From assembly GCA_977030845.1 (NCBI GenBank), contig OZ365111.1, positions 50,468,001 through 50,532,000 on the forward strand: a stretch of 64,000 bases of DNA, written 5' to 3'. Source of the DNA: Fimbriosthenelais zetlandica. Its lineage: Eukaryota. Positions within the stretch are counted from its first letter, which is position 1. Each line of letters opens with the position of its first letter. This document shows, one piece after another, positions 1-14,994 of the stretch. A program made the translations under genes and the position numbers. The notes beneath the pieces were generated by a model. It had not been told where the DNA came from, ran no database searches, and was given only the letters and a program-made list of their open reading frames with translations.

Positions 1-2208
1 TTAATAGACAGGGGACTAATTGGGATGTAGGTTCAAAACCTTGAAATAAAGACGGACAAAGAGTGGGTTGGTAATGTTTTTTGCTTGATTAGATAAGATA
101 GGGTGGGTGTGGGAGTGGGTGTGTGGGTGAGTGGGGTGTTGTCAGGTGCTATAATCGGATATAATAGGGCAGCCTCCTCCCCTATTGTTAGGGCTGGTCA
201 TGGGGGTGGGGCTGATGTGTGGGGTGGAAGGGTCACATGACTTATAATACAGACCTCACTGAACCCTACCACATGTAAGCCTTTAATATCACTAACCCTG
301 TCTCTCAGATGAAGTCTATGGGTTTAAGCCCAAGAGTTCAGCCCAGGAGTTTAGTTTTGCCACACCCAGTGATTATTTCATCCATAAAATTCAAATAATT
401 TGGCGATGAGCTCAGAGTTGTTCTCTGGATATTACAATCATGAAAGTTAAATAATTTCATATAAAAATCTTTGTTACGGATACATAAAATATTGATTTTC
501 TCAAATTGTATCTTGCATGGTGACTCTTAAATAACGATCTGGCACTGACCAATAAATAAAATGGCGAGAGGGGTTTGGTGCAAGTCTAGGATGCACTAAA
601 CAACCCTGCTGATGACAACAGTGCAACAGCAACATCAGTAACAGATGCGATGTGAAATAAAATGGGTTATTTCCCATAAAATGAACATTTCAATTTCATA
701 CACTTCCAAACTCATCAAATTCTAAATATTTCTGGAGTGTATTTCTTGACAAATTCTTCCATCAAAGTGCAAAAACGTGCAACAAATCAATGGAGCCTAT
801 AGATTGAAGTTGAAGTTGAATTTAAAAGCCAAGAGCAAAACAATTGAAAGGCATCAAGTACAAGCGACTGTGGCAGGCGACAGTCTGAACGCCTGATACT
901 ATCTGACATTTACATTATGGTTATACTTGTGCCAACAACCCATGTGTTCTGCAGACTCTACAGTAACATTGGGTGCTAGAATTTTAAACATTCTGTTCAA
1001 TTTTAATGGGTCATGCCTTTCATTTTTCATGCCAAAACTTGGCATGAGATGTTGAGAGAACTTTCCATTGTCAACAATAGAAAGGTAATTGACGCCATTG
1101 TTATAGATAACCTTTTGGGTGTCAATGGTGCAAAACAAATTGTTGGTTTAGTTGCTAAAATTTGCATATGAAGGGAGCTATTGATGTCACTTTAAAAACC
1201 AATCTGTATGAATTAGGAGTGTTAAATGAACGATTGCCAAGGCCATGGTCAGCCATCTACTGTAAATCAATTAGCCACCGGTCACAGGGGTGTCATCTCC
1301 TCACCCCATGAGCATCTTGACCATTGGTCACTCACGTGTGGCCAGGTCAGGGGTGGGGGTTGGGGGTTTGGGGGAAGTGAACATGCAAAGGGCAACTTGG
1401 CAAGCCATATCATCTTCTTTCTGACCATTTTTCCATTTTTAGGAGCAAGCATCCTAGTTGCCAAGGTAGGAAAAAGAGGATTCCGCCAACAAAAATTAGG
1501 ACATCTAATGTTATAAAAAGTAGATATTTTGTAAGTAGTGTAATACATAGTCAAAAGGAAGGAGCGGACTTATGACAGCTTCTTCTCTTAATGTTACGCT
1601 GCCTTTTCTAACATTTTTCAAGGAGTAGGCTTCAAAAAGTAAAAAGAAAAAATAGGAAAATAAAAGGCTGGGAGACCTGCTGGGAACTGGCAGTAAAGAG
1701 TGGTACATACATTTTGTGATACAATACACACAATACATTAGTCCACGTAATAGACACATTACATGGTAAATTATCATTCTAATTGACATGTTGCATGTAG
1801 CATCCAGCCAGGCTCAGCTAATGTTAGCGGAATAATAGTCATCTCCCTAGAACAGTCAAATAATGGCAGTATTTGTTTCTGAAAATCCAAATATAAAGTG
1901 TGGACTGCAGATCAATTGCCTGGGGCTACTAGTTAGTCAGTATCAACTAAGGTCAGTGTCAAAGTGTGGTCCTCCTTGCCACCTGCTGACCCTAGCAATG
2001 TGGATATTTTGTAAGGTTTCAGTGTGACAACAAATTGGCAATGCCATTGCCAATGCCTCTCTATCATTGTTCTCTCATTGTATCTGTGAATTACATGTGT
2101 AAGGGTCAAAGGCTAACCAAATGTGCTCAATTTTAAGTCAATTCCAGATTTTTAGATCGTTTCTATTTACAATGATGCGTGACAATGATAACTAATCTAT
2201 GACCTAAG

Positions 2209-2383
2209 CAGGGCTTGGTAGCTCGGTACTGCCCAAAAAATTACAGCCAGGTTGTCAAATATAGTGGTTGTCCAAGGGCTACACCAGCAATGGTGAGGCA
2301 ACAAAATCCAATTTACGGATAACTATTATCACAGAAAATGGTCATCCACGGGCAACTGCTTCAAACTGATTTGTCAGGCACTG
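2209..2383. mobile_element. ~175-bp MITE-like element with CAGGGCT.../...GGCACTG termini
   Basis: Degenerate TIRs; exact 5-bp direct repeat CTAAG on both flanks (2204-2208, 2384-2388). Confidence 0.55.
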
Positions 2384-5300
2384 CTAAGTCACACTAAGTG
2401 CCTCCTTGACGGACCATTTATCTACTGACTATTGTGAGGTTGAACCAACCAGGACTTTCAATATCTCCACATGTGGGACGGTCATTTATTTTGCCGGCAT
2501 CAGTGGGCTGTCCACCAGTAAGGCGTGTTGCCCTATGTTAATGTATTAGTTTTTCATTAGGGTGGTGAGTTGGGGTTTAGGGGTTGATGTGGGTGAGTGG
2601 GCGTCTACTCGTGTGTAACATTACAATAGTCAGGGTGTTGGGCAATCATTGGTAAGCTTATTAGGACATGTGTATTCAGTTACTGAGTGATTACCAGTAA
2701 TGGTCGATGTTCTATTAGTAAAGCTTTTAACCACCTTTGATCATTCTGATCATACTGTATCATATCAGATATTTTCCTCAAAATACATCATACTTAATTT
2801 ACAGTTAACGTTAATTAGATAACGATTCCTTTGTCATGTTCCTGATTGCAACAATTTCGGTAAAAACCCCATGTATTGAACACCTTTTCAACCCCCAAAC
2901 CGGCACAGAATTACTCAAATTTCAGGGTTCAGACTGAAAATTAACGGGAAAATTCATGTTTCTTTCATTCAGCAAATATAAGACTTGTTAAGAACTCCAA
3001 TATAGTAATACCCACATCGGTTTTCAGGAAATTCTGGATGAAATAAGAGGTAAACTACTTGTACATCCTGTACAGTTTAGCGACCATTGTCTGTAGTTGA
3101 GCAGGAATTATCCTGGAAGTGAACAATCTAGAAAAGTGAACAATCTAGAATCCTGCACAAACGTCCACAACACACGCGGCCCAGTGCTGGAACAAAGAGG
3201 CCCGTGTGTGTCATCTATTTTTTTTATAACAATGTCTGTATTGACATTTGTTTGTTTGCATCGTGATGTAACTGGCATTTGAGCCAGACTGGTATACGAC
3301 AGATGAGAAAGATTAATAATAAATGCCACTTTTGGGGACCATATAAATGATTCCCTCCAACAGATGTCAGACAAATATTGTTCTTGTCTCATTCGATTTC
3401 AAGTCAATTTCTGTAATTCAATCTTTGTTCGAGTGATTGATTGCATTTCAATATAACTTCCATTTTTTGTGATCTTTTACAAACTTATTTTTAAAATATT
3501 TTTTAGATTTTTTGTCTGTCTGAACATATGGTAAGCCCAGGGGCCTTGTCTGATAACCTTTAGTCCTAGAAAAGGCAATCAACTCTTTGACATTTACCCC
3601 TAAAGCATCCCATTTTTACTTTGAATTTTTTAAAAATTACATCCTCGGCGGACAAAAATATATCTGAACACAAAAACATGGAACTTTCAAGTCAGAAATG
3701 GAAGAAGCATAGAACTATATAGAGGTCTATGGAAGAAAGTATTGAAGGTAAGGAAACAGAATGAAGTCTGTTCTTCAAGAGTTTTTTCCTTCTAGAAAAC
3801 AAGCGTTTCTTCCTGCCTTTTCAAACCACATGTAAAGATAGGTGGATGAGATAAAGAACCGTGTATATTGCCTCCAGACAGAAAGCTGTTTGTGAACATG
3901 TCCTCTGGTACTTATGTCTTAAAACACTTCCCTCCCTCACCATCATGCTCCTACACAAACCCACCTGAGGTTTCCTCAAGTATTTTAAACAACAATGTGC
4001 TTCAGGAGTGTGCTAAATTCTACACATGAGAAACTCCAGGGTTTTTCCACTATGGTAATTTTTTGCCAGAAATTCTAGCAAAAGTGGGTAGGCCCTAACT
4101 AGTTATCAGATTCAATACGTACGGTAGGAAAAAATGTAAAATTTGTTGTTTAAATTATACAGAATGAACTGATACTGAATGATAATTTACAGCAATTTTT
4201 AGCTGTAGCTGGACGATTGGAAACACGCTGTTGGTGCATAATATAGTGCAAGTATAGAAAAACGACGTGGTGTGCTGGAGTTTGTATTTGGAACAATTTG
4301 CCGTCTGAATTAAGGGGCTTAACTAATTATGACAATTTTAAAAAAAGAATTAAATACTACTGTCAAAACAATAGACTTTTGATGGAAAATATACGTGGCA
4401 TGTCTTGTTAATTTAACCTACTTATATAATAATTGTTTCTGATGAAATTCAAGGACTTAGTTGTATATTCAGACAAACTGTGAGCTGGTGTTTTATTTTA
4501 ATTTCTTTTATTTAATGTATTAACACTGCAAAATGGTTAGCGGCTTACCTAATAGCCGATGTATATATATATATATATAGAATGCGTTGTTTTTGTAAAA
4601 ACTTGGACCGTATTGAAAATACTCTGTATAGAGGTATATACTTGTCTAATTTCAATAAAAAAAAAAAAAAAAAATAATAGCCTGCTCTCCATAGATAATG
4701 ATAGATGGTGATAGCATATACTACTCACATGGGTGAACTGTATATAACTCAGATGCCCATAAATATACTTGGAGAAATATTTTGATATCACATAATATAA
4801 TACTTTAAATAAAAGCCACAATTAAAAAAACAAAAGTCAGACAAAACAGGACCTAGTCACAACAAAGACCTGTAGCTGCTGTTCAGAAGCAGATCTTCTT
4901 TGTCCAGACTATCCTCTAGCATGAGCTGTATAGGACATCAAGCTATGAATCAGCATCTATGGCTAGTTTTTCCCTCCCATGGTCAATATTAGTCTAAGTC
5001 AAGTGCTGGTGGAGACAAAGGTAGGGGGTTTGTCCAGCCTGACAAATGGCTGAGCTACCTGGCTTACAACTCACCAATTATGCTCAACATTGATCCAGAA
5101 ATCACTAAATATTTTTTTGGATTTTTAAGGGTTTTTTCTATTATTTGAAAAGGATGCTTCGTGTTGAACCATAATGGAAAGGAGCACACATTTTTTGGGT
5201 TCCTAACATTTGAAATGTCCTTGGTCCATTCATGGAAATTTCAGATAATAGATTTCAAAGGCAAGAACGAAGAGAAATAGGACTTCTCCTCAGTCTTGTG

Positions 5301-7207
5301 TTTGAATATACAAATTCTCTGAAATTTATGATATTTTTGGCTTTCTGTTTACCTCCAATTAGGACCTCCTAATTAGGCAGCTTTAATTAAGACTAAGTAT
5401 GTCAGCGGGTCATTCTCGTATACCTAACACACCCATGGCATGTGACGAGCACTATGGGATGTTTCTGCATGCTTTAGTTTTCTACCTTTAAATTTCTTTC
5501 TAGCATGTTTAAGTAGTTATAAGTCAATCGACTCACCTATATGACAATAATGAAGGTATTAAAGTCCAATGAGCACAATAGTAATCCATAATCAGTTTAA
5601 ATCATCTTGCCTTGCAGCATATTCTAATCTCTATTTCCCATAGATATTATTTTTATTTCCAAATGGATATTTCCCATGATAGACATCACTTTAGATCATT
5701 GAGTAAATCCTTCATGATGAGTTTTTAATTCCTTTCCTTTCATTATTTAATAATTCAAAATCTGCCTTTATAAATCCACTATAGGTATTATCTTCCCATG
5801 ACTTATTTTCCAGCTATATATTGACAAGGCTTTGGCTCGCGTACTATAGCAATAGTGAGAGAATGTGAGCAACCATGCATCCAACCACTGAGGTCTTGTG
5901 ATACGAAAGGCCGTGCTCCACTGGTCGGATATTCCTTGCGACACAAGTGCGACAAAGTCGACTCATTTGTTGCAAGGAAAATTGTAATGGTAAGTGGAGT
6001 TGTTAGGCATTTGACACAGACCAAAATGTATAAATTCCATTGCAATGTAAGATATTGCGCTAACACGGTGTCGTAGAAGTGGGGGATGGACTTAATAGAA
6101 TAGTTGACATAACTGATACTTAACCAAGAAACCTGTTCTAGATACCTGACTGGCACCATGCCATTGTAGAGATACACATGTCTTGAAGCCCGCATTTAAA
6201 ACAAGTAAACTACATGTTTTCAGGGTGCCGGTTCCATTGCATTAACCTTCTAACTTTGACTGACAAATAGAGCTTTTGTATATACCTATATAGGTATCCT
6301 CAAAGGTTAATGTCTTCATAAGGGCCTCACAGGACGGAACAGAATGGGAAGATTCAAGAAAGGGTCCTCTTCCTTTTGAGCCAACGTCAAAAGGAAAATA
6401 GTCCCCGAAAGAGACACTTTGAACTGACGATTTCCAGAAGACTTCACAAGAAAAGGTTCTTCAATGGTCTGTTTGTGCTTGCACGGTTTTTAAGTTAGAT
6501 GCAGCAATTTGTTCAATGTAATATGGACAATGCCTCTTCATACTTGAGTGTTTGAACAAATATTGAAGTCATTTTTTATCAGAGGGCATGGGTTTGGAGG
6601 CAATATTCACTTTGTTAATTGGTGATCTTTTTAATCAACCTGTTGACTGTAAAGAGTGGGGAATTTAAAAAAGGGACATGGATTTTAAATTAACTTGGGA
6701 TTTTAAATTAAGAATTTTAATGAAGTTCACACATAAACCTGAAATGTAAGTTCAAATCTTGAACCGGTGGAACCATTTATGCTATGGAGTATATGCTAGA
6801 ATAGTGCATCCTAGGATCCTAGGTCCTACACGGTAAATTGACACATCTTTGCTTTGTAGTTCTTGAACACAGACATATCCCACATTGGCACCAGTATAAT
6901 TGTACTATACTTGGTCTATCATCACAAAAGCTGAGTTGGCCCTAGATCCAAGCAGTATAGGATCGTGCCAATAGTTAAGAGGATGGTTAACAATATTATT
7001 ACCGGTAAATTGTCCTCATATTCAATAGGTTCTATTGTCCATGAAAACTGCTTGTTAGATCACTAAGATCAGACTATTCTGTACCAAGTGAGTAGAATAT
7101 AGTAGACATCTGTAAACTCAGAGAATGCAGTAGGTAATACGGAATATATTCCACATCCTCATATGACATTTACTATATTCACGAATTCAAGCATTGCATG
7201 GAAACCA

Positions 7208-7325
7208 AAGATTTTCCCCTGGATTTCTTCGAAATTATCTGGACCTATTATTGATAATTCCCTGTTTTCCTTTACTGGAAAGGAGAATTTTACCCCGATT
7301 TCCCCGATGGCTTGGAAGCATGACT
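7208..7325. mobile_element. Fragment of an old interspersed (hAT-like CAGGG-terminus) MITE family; related copies at 41290-41425 and 42600-42930
   Basis: 18-nt identity AAATTATCTGGACCTATT at 7232 and 41340; similar TTCCCCG...GGAA.CATG ends; TCTGGACCTATT also near 42728. Confidence 0.55.
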
Positions 7326-10300
7326 TTGCAACCCACAATCACAATTTTAGTGAAATTTAATCTGAAGTGGCTTGAAACGTGCATAGAAGTTACCTGTCCT
7401 AGGCGTGACATCCTATAGGTGTGGCCTAGACAGGGGGGTCTTAGAGGGCATCTGGAGGGATGTTACCCACACCCTCACCCCTGAACTTAATGGGCTATCC
7501 CCACTCCCACTTTCACCCCCTTACTTATTACCTCTTCCCACTACACTCAGTAATTATAGGTAGTTTTCAGCTACCTCCACTCACCCGCTTCTAGAGGTGG
7601 CTCAGTCCATGCTATCTCAGATAACATGGGTCCAGGAAATGTATTTGTAATTGACCTAAGGTATTTGCAGTCAGTAAAAGGGTATGTTTAGGGGAGCACA
7701 TGTCCAGAAAATGACAGACACTTCCTGTGTTTTGGACAAGAAATGGACAAAATGATCTCTTATCGTTCTAAAATTTCAGGACTACATACCATTGGACATG
7801 AGTGTTTTCGAACCCAAAATTTGGAGGCAAGTCGGTCGGGGGTATTTTTAATAAAGTTTGGGGGCGGAGAAGTTATGATATATAGCTTAACATAAAGGAT
7901 AGGCTACACATCATTCCCCTCTGTCTCCCCATGGGTGGCGACTACAACTGACACGTGCATATCAATGGTATAGCCCATGTATAATTTATTATATCTGTAT
8001 GAATGGAGGGATACACTGCTCCGTAGGTTTATCAATGGGAGTCCAATGCACCATCTGCCCACGCGCAGTCTAGGCCATTAATATTTTGAGTCTGCTGTTT
8101 TCATTTTTATAAATCTTAACATCATTAAATTTGCAGAGTCGATTAGGAAATTGCTTCAATTATGTAGGTAAGCTTTTGCAGGGGTAAGTTGAGACTTGAT
8201 TATAGAGAATTGAACAGGTAGGTTGGTTCTATTAAGAATAGTGAAGCATTTGTGTGGAACCAATACACTGCCCTACTTAAATACAACAGATCGATCTTAC
8301 CTATGTACATATGAGTAACCCAAATCTGGTCTTTGTGAATAAGTTCACAATACCTGCCTCAGATCAATGTTGTATTGACTATTATAAGCCAATCTGTGAG
8401 ATGTCAGGAGTAGACTAATTCTCCACCCATCTAAACGCTGACATATGATATAGGCTTCAACCCTGACTGGTACACTGAACCTACGACCCTGAACATCATC
8501 AATCATCCAAGATAGGAGAGATCAAAAGACAGGGCCGTGATATGGTGATACCGTCTATAGGTGGGGTGGGGTTATAGTGATACAGTGATACAGTGATACT
8601 GACTATAGGACCATGGAAGAAGATCCAGTACCTGAACCTGAGAACAGCAGGGGGGATGGGGAACCTCCCATGTTGGCTCCATCTTCAGGGCTCTAGGTTT
8701 CCATAAGGAAAACGAGGGTTTAGGGATTCATTTAGGTAGAAAGTCGAGTATATTACGTTCTCTTTACAAGGAAATGGGTGGGTACAATTGTTGAGAATTG
8801 GGGAAATAATGAGTTGTCTGAAATTGGGCAGCTACTTCTATAGGCAGAATGCTGATAAGAGTGCATTTTTCAATACTGAAATATGGAATCTAATTGTTGT
8901 CCACAGACGCCTAATATTATTTGTAGCAATTTGTAGCAAGAAATGAATGGTTAAAGTACAAAAATCGTATAGAAAAGGACAGATCTATAGTCTTGAATGA
9001 GGCAGGAATAGGCCTACATTTTCTATAGTAAGAGAGGCAGCCTTGAAGAAGCCCATAAAACAAATGGCCTCCATTATGTCAAGACATTATGGGATTTACA
9101 ATGGAAGGCCTCACTCCAGCAAAATCCTATTTACTCGTTCAGAGAGTGTGGGATAAGGATTTTAGAGTTTGGTTTGGTTATGACAGGAACATCTCGTTTA
9201 CCCACTGATTTGTATGTACCTCACATGAATGGTAGGCTTGATTGGGAGGAGTGACTCGCCCACGAGCTGAGGATGGGTCTAAATTAGGTCCCGAGGAAAT
9301 AGGTCAAGACTGCCTTGGAGGATGGCGGGAGAAGGAAGGGGGGATGAGGGAAGGGGTTGGGAGGGGGGGTCTCGGATAGGGGAATGAGGGAAGAGGGGGA
9401 GAGACCCTAGGGAAGTGCAGCTTTTATTGGCTTGTGTTTATTGACTACATGCCTGACGTTGATGGGGTTTGGGTTGGAGGGAGCTGTTGTGAGCTATTCA
9501 GCTTTAACCAGCCTAATGCCTCGCCTCACTGAGCTGCTCCTTCCTCCTCCTCCAGCAGATGCTCCCCCGTCTAATGACTGAACAGGTTAAGTAGATATTT
9601 ACAAGGCCTAGCTCACAAGGGGGTTGGGATTCGCCCCCCCCACCTCCCACCCACTAACCCACGGCCTCACCAACACTTGTCCTTGGCTATTCGAGCAGCG
9701 CCATTCAAATCATTCGCCCGAGAAATCTTAAGAGTGTTTTCCACAGCTAACTGCAGACAAATGTTCATTTTTAAATGCAATATCATTCTAATATTGATTC
9801 TTTGGATGGGATATATTTCTGTCTCAGAAATATCGTTAACTTGAAAAGGTTTCAGTCTCTGTATTCGTCCAGTAAGCAATTTCTCAGCTATCTCAGGACA
9901 AGACACACTGTGGGCACTTAACCCACCCATAACATTCCATCCAGAGTTCACAATGATAAATTTGTCATGGAAATATGCTGGTCAACCCGATTAAATATTA
10001 GATTTTCCTATGATTTTCTTTGGGTTGATTTCTAAGTTAGAACCTGTCCGTGTGAGAAACATATGAGATGCCACACATGTACATAACTGATCAATCACTG
10101 AGGTACATTACCCACACCCTCACGCCAATCAATAAGCCATCTTACACCACCAATCAATCAGTCAAACAATCAAATCAATCAATCAATCTAATTCCCTCAT
10201 GAAGCTATCACAGATGTTTTCAGCTACAGTAAATAGTTGAATTTCTATCATTGTGACGGGAAAATCTGTCAAGTAGGTCTGTCACATGTGACAGATAGAC

Positions 10301-11513
10301 CCAACTAAAGTGAATTATTTCACTTTTCCGTCTCGCCACCCACATGTGGCTATTGTTGGCATGTCTGACCACATGTGCATGCTAAAATCAAGCTTGACAG
10401 TCGAGGAGAACGCCTTGAATGGGGTTCACCGACTATAGCCAACAACCCAAAGGTATATTTCTTAGTTTTTAACCTTCAAACAGTAAATATGAATAAGTAT
10501 CCATCATCCCAGAGCAGACTGCATTCCACTGGTTTGGAAATTGGTTTAGAATATATAGTTCTGATAGAATTGTCTATTGGAAAATGTCTTCAATTCGCTT
10601 CAATAATTTTCTGAAGACTTAATTCATATAAAATTTAATATTGGTTTCAAATGTACCTCTCATATTTAGAGCAAAAATTCCAGGTTCAAACACACTCAGT
10701 GTGGGTTATTTAAAAGTTTTTCTCTCCTCATTTCGAAAAAAGATAATTTAAGGAAAGAGCAGGTCAGTTTGGGAGAGGCGCTGAGTGGAGACTCCGGGGT
10801 GAGGAGGGAGGTAGGGGAGGTACTGGAGTAGATGGTCATCAGTCCTTATTGAGATAATCAGCCTGTCACTTAGTCCACTAAAGGCTAATTATACCCCATC
10901 ACTCACTACCCCAGGGGCATCACGGCTGGGGCAGTGTATACCCATAGCAAGGGGTGGTTGGTCATTTCCTTACCCAAAAAAACCTTATTATAAAAGATAG
11001 TACTGAAGTTATGGACCTACCGAAATAGATCAATGGCAAATCCTTAAATCTTCATGATTTTTAATGATTTAGGCAGAAATATCCCGAACGGATCTGGACA
11101 AAACATTTCAGAGGCTTTCATTATATCAATTTTGATATTCATATCTCAATCAAATCATTATATCAAAGAGGGTATATAATAAAACCTTTTTATCTAAAAC
11201 CCCAAAAGCTCAATGAGCAAAGGTTCCGGGTTCTACAATTAGGAGATAGCTTTCATTAGGCCAGCTTCTCCCATTTTCAAGATGACAGAAGTCCTTCATA
11301 ATTAGCCCTCCTGATGACCCGCATACCAGCATGTTTACCATTGAAAACCGAGATGGAGAGACATGCACTGGGGGAGGAGAGGGAGGCATTGGTAACGTAT
11401 GCAGGACATCAGGACGGATGCTGGCATTGCCTACACTAGACGAGCGCTCGTCCTAATGACAGACAATTCTCTCCTCCAAACCAACTCGCCTGGAGGTTCA
11501 TAGGCATTCTCAG

Positions 11514-11597
11514 TCGAGATTAGCCAGAGTAACTTTGACTCTCTACAGTCCTGTATGGGATGGTGTAGCAGAGTCAGGGTCTCTCGGGCTAAGTCGA
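11514..11597. repeat. Degenerate ~84-bp palindromic (hairpin) element
   Basis: Left arm tcgagattagccagagtaactttgactctctaca versus reverse complement of right arm tcgacttagcccgagagaccctgactctgctaca. Confidence 0.55.
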
Positions 11598-13859
11598 GAT
11601 GGGAAAGGTCTCATCATTAGTTAGTTTTAAAAAAATAATAGAATCAAAGACTTGAGCAAGTCTACCCCTAATCACACCCTCCTCTCCTCCACCCACCATC
11701 AACCCGCTCCTCCCACCAGCTCATATCAGTTAATGGGTGATGAATAATTAAGAAGACAATAGTATAATCTCATTTAGCGTCACGGTGTGTGATTTAGCGA
11801 TCACATTATTAGTGGGGCATTTCTTAATATGTCCGGCTTGAGACAGCTGCATGGAATGCACTAATAAGCCGTTCACTAGCAGTATAGAAGTATGCACTGC
11901 AGTATTTAGTCACTCACATGTTTCGGGGTTGTTTTAGTAAGATGCAAGTATTGCTGATGGCATATCAACAGAGTTTGGTTTTGATAAATTTCCACAGTTA
12001 GTGTAATCCATCCTAAAAATTGATCCACACTGGAAGATTTCAATAAGCTGCAATAAATTCCCAATTGTTTTTACAGTAGTGGAAGGAAATGTTCTGAGAG
12101 CTAATCCATTGTCTCCAGTAAATTCAACTACAAAACAATCTCAATGAGAAATTACTTCTGCAAAAGGTCAGGCTTGATATTTATCATCAACTCCGGTCTC
12201 ACTTTGATGTTGATTTGTATTTATTCTGAACATGTGGCAGCAGGGAGGAAATCGTGATATGTAGGACCGGTTAGAATGATTAATAATTCAATATAACATT
12301 TATTAATGTCACACATCTGAGGGGGGTAGATTAATACAAATATTGACCGTTCTGAGGTTGATTAAGTTTTCCTCATTAGGGCTGGGAGAGGCGTGACTCG
12401 GGACCCAGTTTTTACCCCGGCTTCATATGGTGGGTAGTGTGGGGTGGGGTGGACACTGGCCAGTGGTCAAGCCAATGCTTTGTATGGTCACTCCGCTGCT
12501 TGACTGACCACTGCACATATGGCTAGCCTGGTGAGGCAATATTCGTTGAAAGTCCAGTCAGTATTTTTTAAGCTTGCTCACAACGAGATGGAAACATGCT
12601 GTCGGAACCCAATGGCATCTTCCCTCGAAAGGCATGCAGCGATATCCCAGCAAGCAGCACTGGGTGGAGGAAGACAATGGCAAATTCAGAAAATGATTGA
12701 GGAACCGCTAGAAAGCATGGGCCATTCCAAAGGCAAATCAAGCCACTGCAATTGGTGTATTGCGAAACCATTTCCCATACAATAAATAGCAGTTCCAGAC
12801 TATGTCTCCTCATATAATAGAGAGAGGTGGGTCACATTATAATAGAAACAGTGGCTAAATCCCATGGACTTATAACACTGAATAAGTCAAAGTTACTAGG
12901 TCCAAAACTAGAATATTTAGATAAGATGCAATGAATACTTGAAAGTGGATATCCATTGCTTTTCATACAGTGATACTCCCTTACAAAAAGTCCTCATTCT
13001 CCATGGACATTTTTATATTAACTTTGGTTGAAGATATTACACCCCAAGACCATTTTCGGGGTGGAGTCATTTAGCATTCTGTCCATGGGTCATCCAGGAA
13101 GTTTGCAGCCATTCAGATTGTCTATTGGGGCAGTAACTTTCCCTGACACTTTCACGATGCTTTAGGGGCAAACTATTTATTGGGGGGAGGCTTGGGGTGA
13201 GGGAAATATTTATTGGAGGGGCGGAGCCTGATCAATATGACCAACCCCTGACTGACTTCAATACACATGTAGCCTCCCCTGGGGATGAGGTAGGGGGAGG
13301 GTTTAGGGTCGTAGATTAAGCCCTTGGATCATATATTCAGGTCAACTGCTTCTTTTCTTTTTTAGCCGATTTTCTCAGGGGATTTACAAAAGTAATGTAA
13401 TATTTACATCAGGTATAGAGAATAGATCGGTTGAGACAAAATAACACAATATATTATAGACGCATAATATAGTCAAACCAAAGTGAGTAGCTGATCTTTC
13501 AGCTGTCTCAGGGAGATTTTTCTTAGAAGATCACTGCATTACAGATGAGGATATAGATATTTATGTGATGTGACCTTAGTGGGGTGGGGGGATGGAGAGT
13601 TTTCAATGTTATAAACACGCAGTGAAAGATGATCATCTCCACAAGGCTGCCTCCAGCCCTCACCCTGGACACCTTTCTCCACCTATACACCCACCCCCAC
13701 CCCACCTCCGAAGACCTCAAGCCTTCCTCCTCCTGCAGGTCAGGTCATCAGGTTACAGGAGAAGCTTAGGATGGGGGAAGCAGGAGGGGCTAACAACGGT
13801 CAAACAGGGCTAGTCGATATGGGACAAGTTTCAGAGAAAGATTACCCAGAACAGCAGAA

Positions 13860-13975
13860 TGAGTGAGTCAGTGAGTGAATAAGTGAGTGAATAAGTGAGT
13901 GAATGAGTGACTCAGAGGAAGTGAGTGATGGGATGAGTGAAAGAGTGAGTGATGGGATGAGTGGGTGAGTGAATA
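13860..13975. repeat. Degenerate (GAGT)n/(GTGA)n microsatellite
   Basis: Repeated gagtgagtga units seen directly. Confidence 0.85.
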
Positions 13976-14980
13976 TTGGTTTAATGTCTATCCATCTCAG
14001 AAGGAGAAGGAAACACGCTTTGGGTATAGAATGGCCTGCTCTTCATGAAAGCAATTAAGCAGATCTTTGAAACATGGCCGTGGGGTCAGTAGAAATGGGA
14101 AGGAAATGGGAAGGAGGGGTCAAGCTCTAGAATAACTGATAGCCTAGGTGTACTGTAGGGGGGATTAGTTTAGCTGGACTGGTCAAATAACCTCTCTAGA
14201 GATTGGTTCTCATTAGCCGTACATGACCATTAGGCCGGTAGGATATTATTTATGATCTGTGTCTGGCCCTGGACCAGGGATAACCAATCATACCACCTTA
14301 GATCTAGCATGTCGGTCTCCATTATACATGTTACAGGGCCGTTCACCTAATGGTCTTGGCATGTTCTGGCCTTGATTGGAAACCTCACCTGTTGAAGCCC
14401 CCTGGGAGCTTGTGTGACATTTATCATTGCTGGGGGAAAATGTGTTTATTTTCCAAATTACTAACGTAGAAAATCAGATGGTAGGCCTAAGATCAGAAAT
14501 AAGATAAATAAACTGACATTAATTTGAATTTATCATGCCCTGAAAAAGGCACAATCCCCAATGAGTTTAATCCCTTATACCATTACCTACTGAATTTTAC
14601 ACTACCGTCGTGTAACTTGCGCCCAGATTTTAAGTTGTAATTACATTACCCTCATGTAAATTTTACATTACGGATTTGCGGTGTAGGGACTATTTTATTA
14701 AATATATGATAAAGAATTAAAGTTCACTAATCAAATGTTAACGAGGGCTGTAAATCCAATCCAATATTTCAAGGATAAAGTAGAATGTATTTAAAACACT
14801 TCTATTCATCAACCATCTAATTTAACAGTCTGATGCGTAAATTGACAAAAGATCCGGTTTAAATTTCCACTTGTTTTAGGTTACCGTCCATGTTACATTT
14901 TTATTCCATCTTTTCCCCCGTGGCCTGTTACCCAATGCCTCACGTCCCGGCCAGCCATGGTTAATGGACTGTTTCCAGGC

Positions 14981-14994
14981 GTTGTCATGGCGAC
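14981..14994. promoter_or_regulatory. RFX X-box-like site GTTGTCATGGCGAC
   Basis: Matches the established 14-bp palindromic X-box consensus; function untested. Confidence 0.45.

Noticed and set aside
601-660. Hammerhead-like CTGATGA at 609 (also 11311, 27952, 47400)
   Set aside because: No properly placed stem II plus GAAA and cleavage triplet.
2209-2240. tRNA or SINE A-box (GGTAGCTCGGT)
   Set aside because: No B-box or cloverleaf; better explained as a MITE end with a TSD.
5828-5850. Partial resemblance to miR-375 (GGCTCGCGT)
   Set aside because: Seed region absent and no hairpin.
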